From: an uncultured Rheinheimera sp.
Lineage (GTDB): Bacteria > Pseudomonadota > Gammaproteobacteria > Enterobacterales > Alteromonadaceae
DNA: 50,717 nucleotides
Direction of reading: 5' to 3'
Assembly: GCA_964511675.1 (NCBI GenBank)
Contig: CAZEGA010000001.1
Coordinates: forward strand, 1 to 50,717
The position numbers were made by a program, and so were the translations under genes. The notes under the pieces were generated by a model, which worked only from the letters and a program-made list of their open reading frames with translations, searched no databases and was not told the DNA's origin. Of the stretch, positions 18,482 to 27,476 are shown piece after piece. The number at the start of each line of letters is the position of its first letter. The stretch's first letter is position 1.

Positions 18482-19597
18482 CTACTCCACAGAAACCGGC
18501 AGACTATAACCATGCTCTTTTAGCAAGGCATGGCGTTTAGCCGCTTTTAAATCCTCAGCCACCATCTCTGCACACATTTCCTGCGTAGTAATTTCCGGTA
18601 CCCAACCCAGTTTCTGCTTCGCTTTACTTGGATCACCAAGCAAGGTTTCTACCTCAGCCGGGCGGAAATAACGTGGGTCTACTTTCACTATAACATCACC
18701 CACTTTTAATGCCGGTGCATTGTTACCCTCTATCGCCTCAACAATCGCCACTTCATCAACACCCGTGCCTTCAAAGCGCAAGGTGATACCCAGTTCTTTC
18801 GCAGACCAGCTGATAAACTCACGCACTGAATATTGCACACCGGTTGCGATAACAAAATCGTCAGGCGTGTCTTGCTGCAACATCATCCACTGCATACGCA
18901 CATAGTCTTTGGCATGGCCCCAATCGCGCAGTGCATCCATATTGCCCATGTAAATACAAGATTCTAAGCCTTGAGCAATATTAGATAAACCGCGAGTAAT
19001 TTTCCGCGTAACGAAGGTCTCACCACGGCGTGGGCTTTCATGGTTAAACAAAATGCCGTTACAGGCATACATGCCATAGGCTTCGCGGTAATTTACTGTT
19101 ATCCAGTAAGCATACATTTTCGCTACCGCATAAGGTGAACGCGGGTAAAAGGGTGTCGTTTCTTTTTGCGGTGTTTCTTGTACCAAACCATATAACTCAG
19201 AGGTAGACGCCTGGTAAAAACGGGTCTTTTTTTCTAAACCCAAAATACGAATCGCTTCTAAAATACGTAGTGTACCCATGGCATCTACGTCAGCCGTATA
19301 CTCTGGCGCTTCAAAACTCACCGCTACGTGGCTTTGTGCACCTAAGTTGTATATTTCATCTGGCTGCACCTGCTGGATAATGCGGATCAAATTAGAGCTA
19401 TCGGTTAAATCACCGTAATGCAAAATAAAGTGCTGGTTATCCACATGCGGGTCTTCATAAATATGGTCGACACGCTGGGTATTGAAACTCGACGCACGAC
19501 GCTTAATACCATGCACTTCGTAGCCTTTTTCCAACAAAAATTCGGCTAAGTATGAGCCGTCCTGACCTGTGACGCCAGTTATAAGGGCTTTTTTCAT
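18482..19597 (-). CDS. gmd: GDP-mannose 4,6-dehydratase
   Basis: [26 protein letters not shown] and [15 protein letters not shown]. Start at ATG 19597. Confidence 0.97.
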   Translation of the reverse strand: MKKALITGVTGQDGSYLAEFLLEKGYEVHGIKRRASSFNTQRVDHIYEDPHVDNQHFILHYGDLTDSSNLIRIIQQVQPDEIYNLGAQSHVAVSFEAPEYTADVDAMGTLRILEAIRILGLEKKTRFYQASTSELYGLVQETPQKETTPFYPRSPYAVAKMYAYWITVNYREAYGMYACNGILFNHESPRRGETFVTRKITRGLSNIAQGLESCIYMGNMDALRDWGHAKDYVRMQWMMLQQDTPDDFVIATGVQYSVREFISWSAKELGITLRFEGTGVDEVAIVEAIEGNNAPALKVGDVIVKVDPRYFRPAEVETLLGDPSKAKQKLGWVPEITTQEMCAEMVAEDLKAAKRHALLKEHGYSLPVSVE

Positions 19598-19605
19598 TTT
19601 GACAA

Positions 19606-20379
19606 TCATCCAACATTAAATAACTGAGAATTATTCCCAGTCAAAATCATTTGCTCATAATACTCAAGATCTTCAACCGTATCGATCTCAAGCCAACCAT
19701 TCTCAACTGGCACCGCTTTTACCGGCCAGCCAATGTCAATCAGGTGCTGAATAAAGCTAGTAAGGTACATGTTGTCAAAGTCTTTACCGTCGTATAATGC
19801 TTTACGGTCCATACTCTCCCAAACTTGTATCAGCTCTTTAGCTTTATCAGCAGAAATTTTAATCAACCCCATGTACTGCCCTTGGATTTCATCATAAGAG
19901 CTTGGTTTCTTACCAAGCTCTTTAATCATGTCACCTTCGAGTTTCAAAGTTTCTGCATCATCCAACGGATTATCCATTCGAAGCGACCAAAGCCGCTTCC
20001 ATTCCTTATCTATGGTTAAGCAAACATCACCTTTGCATTCTAATACGGCTTCCAGTATGCGTTGCTCATAAACTATGTCACCGTAAGTGATTAGTACATC
20101 TGTAGTGCCATCAAATAAATTTTTAGCGCACATCAATGTGCTTACCATGTTGGTGCTAGCGTAAACTGGGTTTAAAATCTTTTTAATCCCATCACGCACC
20201 AATTTGTCTTCTTGGTAACCCGCAATGACGGTAATGTCGCTAATGCCAGCTTTTTTGAACGCATCAAGCTGATAATCCACTAATGACTTACCACAGAGTT
20301 CAACCATACATTTAGGTTTGTCATTTGTGTGTGGGCGAAGACGAGTTCCCTGACCCGCAGCTAGAATAAGAACACGCAT
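19606..20379 (-). CDS. LicC-like cytidylyltransferase; candidate CTP:phosphoglutamine cytidylyltransferase (Cj1416 type)
   Basis: [35 protein letters not shown] and WLEIDT. The specific function is inferred from gene context. Confidence 0.8.
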   Translation of the reverse strand: MRVLILAAGQGTRLRPHTNDKPKCMVELCGKSLVDYQLDAFKKAGISDITVIAGYQEDKLVRDGIKKILNPVYASTNMVSTLMCAKNLFDGTTDVLITYGDIVYEQRILEAVLECKGDVCLTIDKEWKRLWSLRMDNPLDDAETLKLEGDMIKELGKKPSSYDEIQGQYMGLIKISADKAKELIQVWESMDRKALYDGKDFDNMYLTSFIQHLIDIGWPVKAVPVENGWLEIDTVEDLEYYEQMILTGNNSQLFNVG

Positions 20380-20380
20380 A

Positions 20381-20998
20381 TTAAAATCCAAAATGTTGTT
20401 TAATTAAGTTTAAATCTGAAAGCGCGAATGGCATCATCCGCTCTGGATGCCACATGATGCCAAGCCAAGGTTTGTCTTTATGACGAAAAGCCTCCACTAC
20501 ACCATCAACTGTAGTCGCAAGTATTTCAAATGAGTCTGGGCAATCCCGTTGCAGAATCGCAAGGTCGTGATACGAGTTGACTTCAGCAAGACTATTTTGT
20601 TCTGCCCAGTCACCTATTAGGTTGTGGCACTTACCCACATGGCCTTCACATGGATATAATGAGCCACCTTCGCAAGAAGACAAAAACTGCATTCCACGGC
20701 ACACGCCAAGAACGGGGATTCGACGCTTATCAGCATATGCTAGAGCGACTGATTCCGTCTCATCGCGTGGTGCAACTGAACCAATATCATTACCGCCAGT
20801 TAAAATTAGACCTTCTATCTCAAACTCGTCCAGGTAACGTTCAACATCGTCCAAGCTGTTTGGGATCAATATCGGAACAATGCTTAATTCACAGAGCATT
20901 GCAGCCCATTTAGTATCCAAACTATCTCGCCACTCATTTCGTCCCGGCACCGGGTCGTAGCGTTGGCTAATGGCAATACGTTTAAATGCTAGCCCCAT
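20381..20998 (-). CDS. Class I glutamine amidotransferase / peptidase C26; candidate gamma-glutamyl-CDP-amidate hydrolase (Cj1417 type)
   Basis: LTGGND, GVCRGMQ (catalytic Cys), VNSYH and MWHPER (His-Glu). Confidence 0.82.
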   Translation of the reverse strand: MGLAFKRIAISQRYDPVPGRNEWRDSLDTKWAAMLCELSIVPILIPNSLDDVERYLDEFEIEGLILTGGNDIGSVAPRDETESVALAYADKRRIPVLGVCRGMQFLSSCEGGSLYPCEGHVGKCHNLIGDWAEQNSLAEVNSYHDLAILQRDCPDSFEILATTVDGVVEAFRHKDKPWLGIMWHPERMMPFALSDLNLIKQHFGF

Positions 20999-23900
20999 TA
21001 TCTCAACGTCCGCATAACATTGTTAGAAGGATCAAGCTCAATTTCCTTTGCCTGAGAGAGCTGTTTGAATAATTGCTCTCCAATACCAATTGCGGCAGGT
21101 AAACCAAACTCAGCCGAGCGGATCGCCATATGCGAGTTTGCTCCGCCATACATTGTAATCAGCCCTGCGATACCTTGACCAAACAACCAGTCGTACCCTG
21201 GATCAGCTTGAGGGATGAGCACCACTGCACCTTTGACATCCAAGTCACCTTGTTCAGTGCCATGCAAATGTATACAAGGCGCAATTACACGTCTTGAGCC
21301 TATAAAGTTCGGCACACCGGCACTTAATTCAAATGAATAGAAGTCATTGATGTCGGTCAATAAAGCTGGTAATTCACAGTTCGTTGCGAGTTTTCGTTGT
21401 CTGGCATTTTTCAACGCCTCAGCTTTTAAATGCTCAATCTGCTCCTGTTGGCTGAGCGTTGATTCGGAAAGCCCAAGCACATCATATATTGACAAATTTG
21501 AGCACTCTTCAAGTGTTAAATTAAACTCACTCGATAAAGTTTTCAGCATATCTAGTGCTTCTGAGAGGTTACGACTGAAAATGAACTTGGCTTTTTCACG
21601 ACCCTCTATAGCATCACGCAAGAAACTTTCAATAATTTCATCACTATAGTTAAGGCCAAGGGCACGCACATTTACAAAAAATCTCTCACGCTCTTTCGAC
21701 CATACGCTCTTATCAATATCGTCATGCTCGCTTTCTGCGTTCAAAGCAGCATCAACAATGGGTCGAAGAAATTTCTCTGTGTCATCAAAATAGGCTGGTG
21801 AAGTAATATCGTATGTTCCAGGACGTAAATGTCCGTAAGCAGCAACAAAACTTTCCCAAGACATTTCCCCATTTGCTGTAGCTCTTGCATCTGCTGTTAA
21901 CTCATGGGACACAGTTCGAACGCTTGCCATAAAAGAATCCATCGCGTGTTGGGTTAACCACCCTTCCTTTACCCCCTCTTTTAATAGCGTCGCAGCAACG
22001 AAGCCACTTCGTGCAAGATGGGCAAAAGGTAGGGTACCGTAAAGGCGACATTCATCAAGCAACAAACGTACATTACGAATGGTCGCTGCGAGTTTGGGTT
22101 GGCCATCAGCTTCAGCTTTTCGACGAACTTCGATTCGTTGTTGAAGCATGTCTACTTTGCTCAAATAAATTTTTGTGTGATCAAGAGCATGACCGGAAAC
22201 TGCTAGAAGACCTTCCTTCAACTTGGAAATAAGTTCAGCATCAAAACCACCCTGATCAGCTAGGCGTTTTTCCCAACGATAGAATCCTGGACCCACACAG
22301 GTTGGTAGAACATCAAACTCAACTTTGTCGTGTAGTTTTGGATTAGCTTTTAAGTAATCTAAATAAAAATTAACTAAAACACTCGCTTCCTTCTCGTTTA
22401 AATTGGACGGCAAAAAAGAATTGAAACTAGCACGTACATCCACATAAGGCTTTCCGGCAAAAGACACCAATAACGGCTGAGGCCGAACATCACGATAACC
22501 ATACTCGGCTCGCTGTGTTGCCCAAGTTTCATCCATGATTAGATATTTATACAGTGTTTCAGCAAGCTTTCCCGGGTTAGTTCCGATAATTTCGGCCGGA
22601 TTCCAGTCAGGCATAACTCCATACATAGGTTTGTCACCAACGATATGGTTTGCAGGTTTCGCAAGCTTGTGCCATAGCATTTCAGCTTGCGCGAGAACGT
22701 CATAGCACGCATCGCTATTTGCTTCGACATCAGCTTTTTGCACCGCGATTGGGCGCACTTGTAGAACGTGTACAACACTGCCTGCTTTCATCGCAAACTC
22801 GATGTCGAGCGAGTCGAAGCTAAGTAGACCTTCGATTTCTTTCAGGGCATCAATAAGTGGTAACAATCTGGGGTTGGCAACTTGCTCGGGCTTTGCGCCG
22901 CGGCGCACGACCAACGTCTTATGATCGTTGTTGTTGCCAGCAGTGATGCCATCGGTAGACCCGGTTTCGTCATAGTTAATCACATAATACGGCGCACCAT
23001 GCTCAAGTGTACGAGTGAATGCAACACCACTACGAATAACATTCTGTAACATTGGCTGCACCAAAACCTGATCGTCGGGTTGGCAGTTGTTATAAGATGC
23101 AATGACTTCTTCTATTGCATTTCTAAGACCTTTACTAGGATCGACATTCAAAATACTCGTGTACGCCCCAGCGTTCGAATGAGTAAATGAATCTTCGCTT
23201 CGGGCGCTGGAACGAACGATCAGCGCCTCGGAAAACCTATTACGAATTAATGATAAAATGCTTTTGTGATCATCACACCAGTTCTTAACATCAAATGATA
23301 CTTGATCCTCAATTTGCGAGGCAGACACGAGTTTACGCAATCGCGATAAAGTTTCCGCTTTAGTACCTAAAACAAATCGAACAATATCATGATCCGAACC
23401 AACTTCCGCCCAATCACCTTTTAAGTCAATGGCATGAACCTTGTTCCCCTTGCAGCGAAGTAGTTCAACAAACTCGCCGACTGTTGCCCGTTGCAGATTT
23501 TGAGAAGGATCTCGGCAGAGTTCAAACAAATACTTAAGAGCCGAGCCGGTAAAACGAACCAGTCCCACGAAATAACCGTTGGCTGCATATTCAGGAATAT
23601 GCGTACTAATACTTTGCAGCCAGCCATTGCATACAGCTACTTTCTCAGTAGTCGAACGAGGTTTAAAATTTTGATTAAAAAGCCCTTGGCTTGACCAAGC
23701 TATCGCAATCTCACCAGCCGTTGACCTTAGATTCTCAAGCGCTTCCTCCCGAAACAAAATGTCACCATAAGCGACTATCAGCTCTTTTACAGATTCGCTA
23801 TCGCTTAACATCTGTTCGCATGCTTTAGCTAATGACTTTAAACTACCAGACTCTTTCCAACATTTATTTTCAACTACTCGAACAGAATCGCGATACGGCT

Positions 23901-24072
23901 CGAAACGCTCCGCTTCATAGCCGGTGACCAAGAACACTTCCTCGCGGTCAAGCCCAACTGTTTGGAGTTGTAGCTCCAAAAGTTGACGACCTTTTATAAT
24001 GTCATGAAGCAGAGGCGACTCAGAACCAACTTGAGGTGCTCCAGCACCTAATACCACAAAGCGCTTTGCCAT
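20998..24072 (-). CDS. Nucleotidyltransferase-like domain fused to a PPDK/PEP-synthase-like kinase; candidate L-glutamine kinase (Cj1418 type)
   Basis: N-terminal VLGAG...YGDILF; ATP-grasp TKAETL, IVRSSARSEDS..SNAGAY, DIEFA, LQVRP; central MPDWNPAEIIG and YGHLRPGTYDI; phospho-His domain ADPGYDWLF...GGANSHMAIR. Start at ATG 24072. Confidence 0.82.
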   Translation of the reverse strand: MAKRFVVLGAGAPQVGSESPLLHDIIKGRQLLELQLQTVGLDREEVFLVTGYEAERFEPYRDSVRVVENKCWKESGSLKSLAKACEQMLSDSESVKELIVAYGDILFREEALENLRSTAGEIAIAWSSQGLFNQNFKPRSTTEKVAVCNGWLQSISTHIPEYAANGYFVGLVRFTGSALKYLFELCRDPSQNLQRATVGEFVELLRCKGNKVHAIDLKGDWAEVGSDHDIVRFVLGTKAETLSRLRKLVSASQIEDQVSFDVKNWCDDHKSILSLIRNRFSEALIVRSSARSEDSFTHSNAGAYTSILNVDPSKGLRNAIEEVIASYNNCQPDDQVLVQPMLQNVIRSGVAFTRTLEHGAPYYVINYDETGSTDGITAGNNNDHKTLVVRRGAKPEQVANPRLLPLIDALKEIEGLLSFDSLDIEFAMKAGSVVHVLQVRPIAVQKADVEANSDACYDVLAQAEMLWHKLAKPANHIVGDKPMYGVMPDWNPAEIIGTNPGKLAETLYKYLIMDETWATQRAEYGYRDVRPQPLLVSFAGKPYVDVRASFNSFLPSNLNEKEASVLVNFYLDYLKANPKLHDKVEFDVLPTCVGPGFYRWEKRLADQGGFDAELISKLKEGLLAVSGHALDHTKIYLSKVDMLQQRIEVRRKAEADGQPKLAATIRNVRLLLDECRLYGTLPFAHLARSGFVAATLLKEGVKEGWLTQHAMDSFMASVRTVSHELTADARATANGEMSWESFVAAYGHLRPGTYDITSPAYFDDTEKFLRPIVDAALNAESEHDDIDKSVWSKERERFFVNVRALGLNYSDEIIESFLRDAIEGREKAKFIFSRNLSEALDMLKTLSSEFNLTLEECSNLSIYDVLGLSESTLSQQEQIEHLKAEALKNARQRKLATNCELPALLTDINDFYSFELSAGVPNFIGSRRVIAPCIHLHGTEQGDLDVKGAVVLIPQADPGYDWLFGQGIAGLITMYGGANSHMAIRSAEFGLPAAIGIGEQLFKQLSQAKEIELDPSNNVMRTLR

Positions 24073-24073
24073 A

Positions 24074-25507
24074 TTAATCGTCATCCTTACATGTATTTTC
24101 AACTTTCGGACAGACTAACTGAGGATAAACTCCCTGTACTTTCATGATCGAAAGATGTTTAAGAACAGGATGGATGACAAAATAAGAAACACCATTTTCA
24201 GGCTTTTGCGATTCAATATCAATGTTGCCAGCATTAGTTCTTAATTTAGTGAGAGTCTCTACCAACACATCAGCACGAATAAAGCTGTCATAGTAATAAT
24301 CGATCTCTTCATGCTTTGCAGGAAGAGTAAATTGTTTTTTATGAAGTATAACACCCTCATCAATAGCTGGTTCGAGTATTATTGCTGAAGCGCCACAACT
24401 GTTTTCCTCAAGAATCGAGTAATAGACTGTAGTACTGCCACGAAAATGAGGTAGGTAGCCTGAATGAATATGTAGCATAGGAGTATTAGGAGCTAAAAGT
24501 CTGACATCAACGATCTCACCGCCATAACCCGAGAATACTATAAACGAAGACGATTGCTCTTGAATTGACTGCGCAACTTCTACGCAATTAATTGTGTCTG
24601 TAGTTGTGTGGATTACGTTAATTGAAATTGACTCTAGTAAGTCCTGCAAGTTTATATTTAGATCAGCAGCAAAAGCGCCACATGTTAATGGTTGTTCGAA
24701 CGCAGGAAGCTGATTTGCTTGCCCCCACTTAGGCTTCGTTGATTTTAAAAAAATTATAGAGTCAAATCGAATGCCTGCTTTTTTACATGCCAAAGCATAC
24801 GCCCTCGTTCTAACTGTATCCGCAGCTATAAAAGTTACGTGTGACAAATCGAAGCACTGCTTATTTCGTTCGTTAAACTTTTGGCTATTATTTAAGTCAG
24901 ACTGTAAACTACCAGCGGTTCTGGAGAAGTCGGAAACAACACTTTCAACAAACTGAAGCTCGCTACATACAAGTTCTGACAATCGAACTTTTTGAAGTTC
25001 AGTAAGTTGATTACACAAACCAGTCAACGAATCCAAAATTTTTAAATAGGCATTTAATGCAGGAAGGTAGTTTTTCACTCTAAAATACTGAGCCAGCACC
25101 TCAGCTAGCAATAGGTAATTTTCCGCATTTCTATAACTACCACTACTTTTTGGTCTGGTGTGAGTTATTTCATATTCATCAAACAAACGCTTACTTACTT
25201 CGAAACGTTGAATAAAAAAATCAATATATTCGCGATTAGCTTTATCAATTGGAACATTAAGTAACTTTTCTAATACCCGCTCAGTGACAATAACACTTCC
25301 AGCATTAAGTGATTCACAAAAATCCGATTCCAGACCTGCGACAATTAAAGCTCTATTGTAAGTGTCAATTTTACTCCCTAAAAATATGAAACGCTGCCTA
25401 ACTGCTAACCAAGCATCAATGAAAGACTGTCCGTGATACTGAGAATAAGTATAAGACTGGCGGTTTTCCAGAGGATTGGTAGTGACATATTGATAACCAG
25501 CAATCAC
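24074..25507 (-). CDS. Two-domain protein with C-terminal formyltransferase domain
   Basis: C-terminal HIHSGYLPHFRGSTT and IDEG match the HxSxLPxxRG / DxG motifs of N10-formyl-THF transferases. The N-terminal ~200 aa are not recognised. Confidence 0.68.
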   Translation of the reverse strand: MIAGYQYVTTNPLENRQSYTYSQYHGQSFIDAWLAVRQRFIFLGSKIDTYNRALIVAGLESDFCESLNAGSVIVTERVLEKLLNVPIDKANREYIDFFIQRFEVSKRLFDEYEITHTRPKSSGSYRNAENYLLLAEVLAQYFRVKNYLPALNAYLKILDSLTGLCNQLTELQKVRLSELVCSELQFVESVVSDFSRTAGSLQSDLNNSQKFNERNKQCFDLSHVTFIAADTVRTRAYALACKKAGIRFDSIIFLKSTKPKWGQANQLPAFEQPLTCGAFAADLNINLQDLLESISINVIHTTTDTINCVEVAQSIQEQSSSFIVFSGYGGEIVDVRLLAPNTPMLHIHSGYLPHFRGSTTVYYSILEENSCGASAIILEPAIDEGVILHKKQFTLPAKHEEIDYYYDSFIRADVLVETLTKLRTNAGNIDIESQKPENGVSYFVIHPVLKHLSIMKVQGVYPQLVCPKVENTCKDDD

Positions 25508-26022
25508 ACTAAACGCTCCCTAATATAATCTAATATAAGTGCTGCATTTTGCTCAGGGCTATTGCCATTACCACTACCGTCAATAACAAGATCAGGCTTT
25601 TTTGGTAGAGGAAACGGAATATCAACCCCAACAACATTATCCATTTCACCTCGCGCTGCCCTACCGTATAACTCGCGCCTAGTTTTTAAAACCTCCATTG
25701 GAGTATCAACAAATACCTCAAAATAATCTGAGTAATTCAATCTATTCCATTCGCGTGACTCTTCAAAAATGGACAAAATACAGCACACAACATTAATGCC
25801 TTGATTGTCAAGCCATTTACAAAGTGCTTGTATACGTTCAGCGTTCTGGCGGCGACCCTCTGTCGAATATGGCGCACTCCCTTTATTGTGCTTGAAAACT
25901 TCGCGGATCTCATCACCGTCTATTAAAACGGTATTCGCCTTCTCGCGTTTCATTATATTAAACACCTGTTTTCCAATCGTAGTTTTCCCACTACCAGACA
26001 GACCTATTAACCAGGTAATCAT
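25504..26022 (-). CDS. Adenylyl-sulfate kinase family protein; candidate CDP-phosphoramidate 3'-kinase (Cj1415 type)
   Basis: WLIGLSGSGKTT, IDGDEIR, YFEVFV and NVVGVDIPF..P. Confidence 0.8.
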   Translation of the reverse strand: MITWLIGLSGSGKTTIGKQVFNIMKREKANTVLIDGDEIREVFKHNKGSAPYSTEGRRQNAERIQALCKWLDNQGINVVCCILSIFEESREWNRLNYSDYFEVFVDTPMEVLKTRRELYGRAARGEMDNVVGVDIPFPLPKKPDLVIDGSGNGNSPEQNAALILDYIRERLV

Positions 26023-26053
26023 CCGTTCGTCACTCCACCTTCACAAATTAACA

Positions 26054-27298
26054 TTATGCCCTAGCGTCCAAGATACTAGAAACTCTCTGAACCTGACTCT
26101 TGGTCAAGTTCTGCAGTGCTTTTTCAATCCCCTCTTCCCGAGATACTGCACAAGTTTTGAATGTTGTAATCCAATCAGGACGCTTCATTCCAGATTCTAT
26201 TGCAACTAATGAATCTAATATATAATTGACAGCAGTAAAAGGATTATTTATGTAGAAAGGAGTGAAATTTGAAATTCTATGTTGCCAGTATTCCATCTTC
26301 TCAAGCCCTAACTCAACAGCTGCCTTCAACCCATCTACTGAAATGGCTCGATATCCCAATTCTATTTCCTCTACGGCATCGCAACTATCGGCATTTAATT
26401 TAACTTCTATAAGTGGACGGCATGTAGCCAACGCAAATGTAATTGCATAAGAAGATTTATCTGTTATAACCAATGATGATCTAATTTGATATTCAATAGA
26501 TGAGGGTTCAAAATCGAATATTATCCTGCTTAAATCTAAACGATTAGAATTTCTTTCAATTAAATCTTTAAAAAAACTATAGTCTAATGGATAAGGTCTT
26601 ATGACAACTTCATCAATCTTAGTAGAAGATGTCAGAGCTTCTATTATTGCTATTGCATCGTTCTCCGAACTAGAGCCATTAATTCCGACCCTAGTAGGTG
26701 CGTATGTAACAATTTTCTTTCCATTAAAATTTTCAGGTAATTTTTCTCTTAATAATTCTAGTTTTGGATAGCCCGCTGGAACGATTGTCAGACAATCACT
26801 TGCTGATCGAAAGCATTCCTTAGTAAAAATACCACTATGACTATCGAAAAGGTGAGCTTTAAATATATCGTCGTGCTGAAAATTAGGAATAAATAGAAAA
26901 TCACTATCGAGATATATATTTGGTTTTGCTTTAATCATTTCATAAAAAATTGGATAGAAAGTTTTATCTGGCAGGGAATGCCAAAATGACACCCTCTTCG
27001 CCCCTTTAGGAATACTAATTACCGTACTCTCATCTGTAAAAAAAATTGAAACCCCTTCTAACTTGGCAATAGCATCTCTAGACAATTGTTCGATTTGATC
27101 ATCAATAGAACTTTTGACATCAGATAGAACTGACGGTTCAATAGCGTGAGAAAGGACCAATTTGCAAATTATCCCTCTAATTTTACATTCTTTATACAAT
27201 GGTACTAATGTGTTAATCCTTGGGATTGATGCTGCATAAAATATAACCATATCAACCTTCTTGATACTTAATCTCAAAATATATTTAGATTTGGACAA
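26054..27298 (-). CDS. TagF/TagB-like (CDP-glycerol glycerophosphotransferase fold) protein
   Basis: FWHS, GYPKL, YAPT, IRPYP and LVITDKSS; AT-rich. Start is uncertain. Confidence 0.55.
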   Translation of the reverse strand: MSKSKYILRLSIKKVDMVIFYAASIPRINTLVPLYKECKIRGIICKLVLSHAIEPSVLSDVKSSIDDQIEQLSRDAIAKLEGVSIFFTDESTVISIPKGAKRVSFWHSLPDKTFYPIFYEMIKAKPNIYLDSDFLFIPNFQHDDIFKAHLFDSHSGIFTKECFRSASDCLTIVPAGYPKLELLREKLPENFNGKKIVTYAPTRVGINGSSSENDAIAIIEALTSSTKIDEVVIRPYPLDYSFFKDLIERNSNRLDLSRIIFDFEPSSIEYQIRSSLVITDKSSYAITFALATCRPLIEVKLNADSCDAVEEIELGYRAISVDGLKAAVELGLEKMEYWQHRISNFTPFYINNPFTAVNYILDSLVAIESGMKRPDWITTFKTCAVSREEGIEKALQNLTKSQVQRVSSILDARA

Positions 27299-27476
27299 CT
27301 AGATTTGTCCGATGTTTTTTTACAGCCATATTATAAAACCTTAGGGGCATTAGTTGAAAATAAACTGTAGTTTTAACTAATTATCTAGGTTAATTGATAA
27401 CTTTCCTAGCAGGTAACAACGGCAATAAGAGCCTTTTCATTTAACATCCTGCTATATATAAATACATTCAACTGCA

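Noticed and set aside
20998..24072. PEP synthase or phosphonate biosynthesis
   Set aside because: No C-terminal pyruvate-binding barrel after the His domain, and no PEP mutase (EDK..N motif) seen in the window.
25504..26022. Plain cysC for sulfate assimilation
   Set aside because: No cysD/cysN/cysH nearby, and it is coupled to the phosphoramidate-type genes. Kept only as an alternative because a sulfotransferase-like gene exists.
27286..27310. TAGATTTG direct repeat with GGACAA/TTGTCC inverted repeat at the start of the TagF-like gene
   Set aside because: Too short to exclude chance in AT-rich DNA; no function can be supported.
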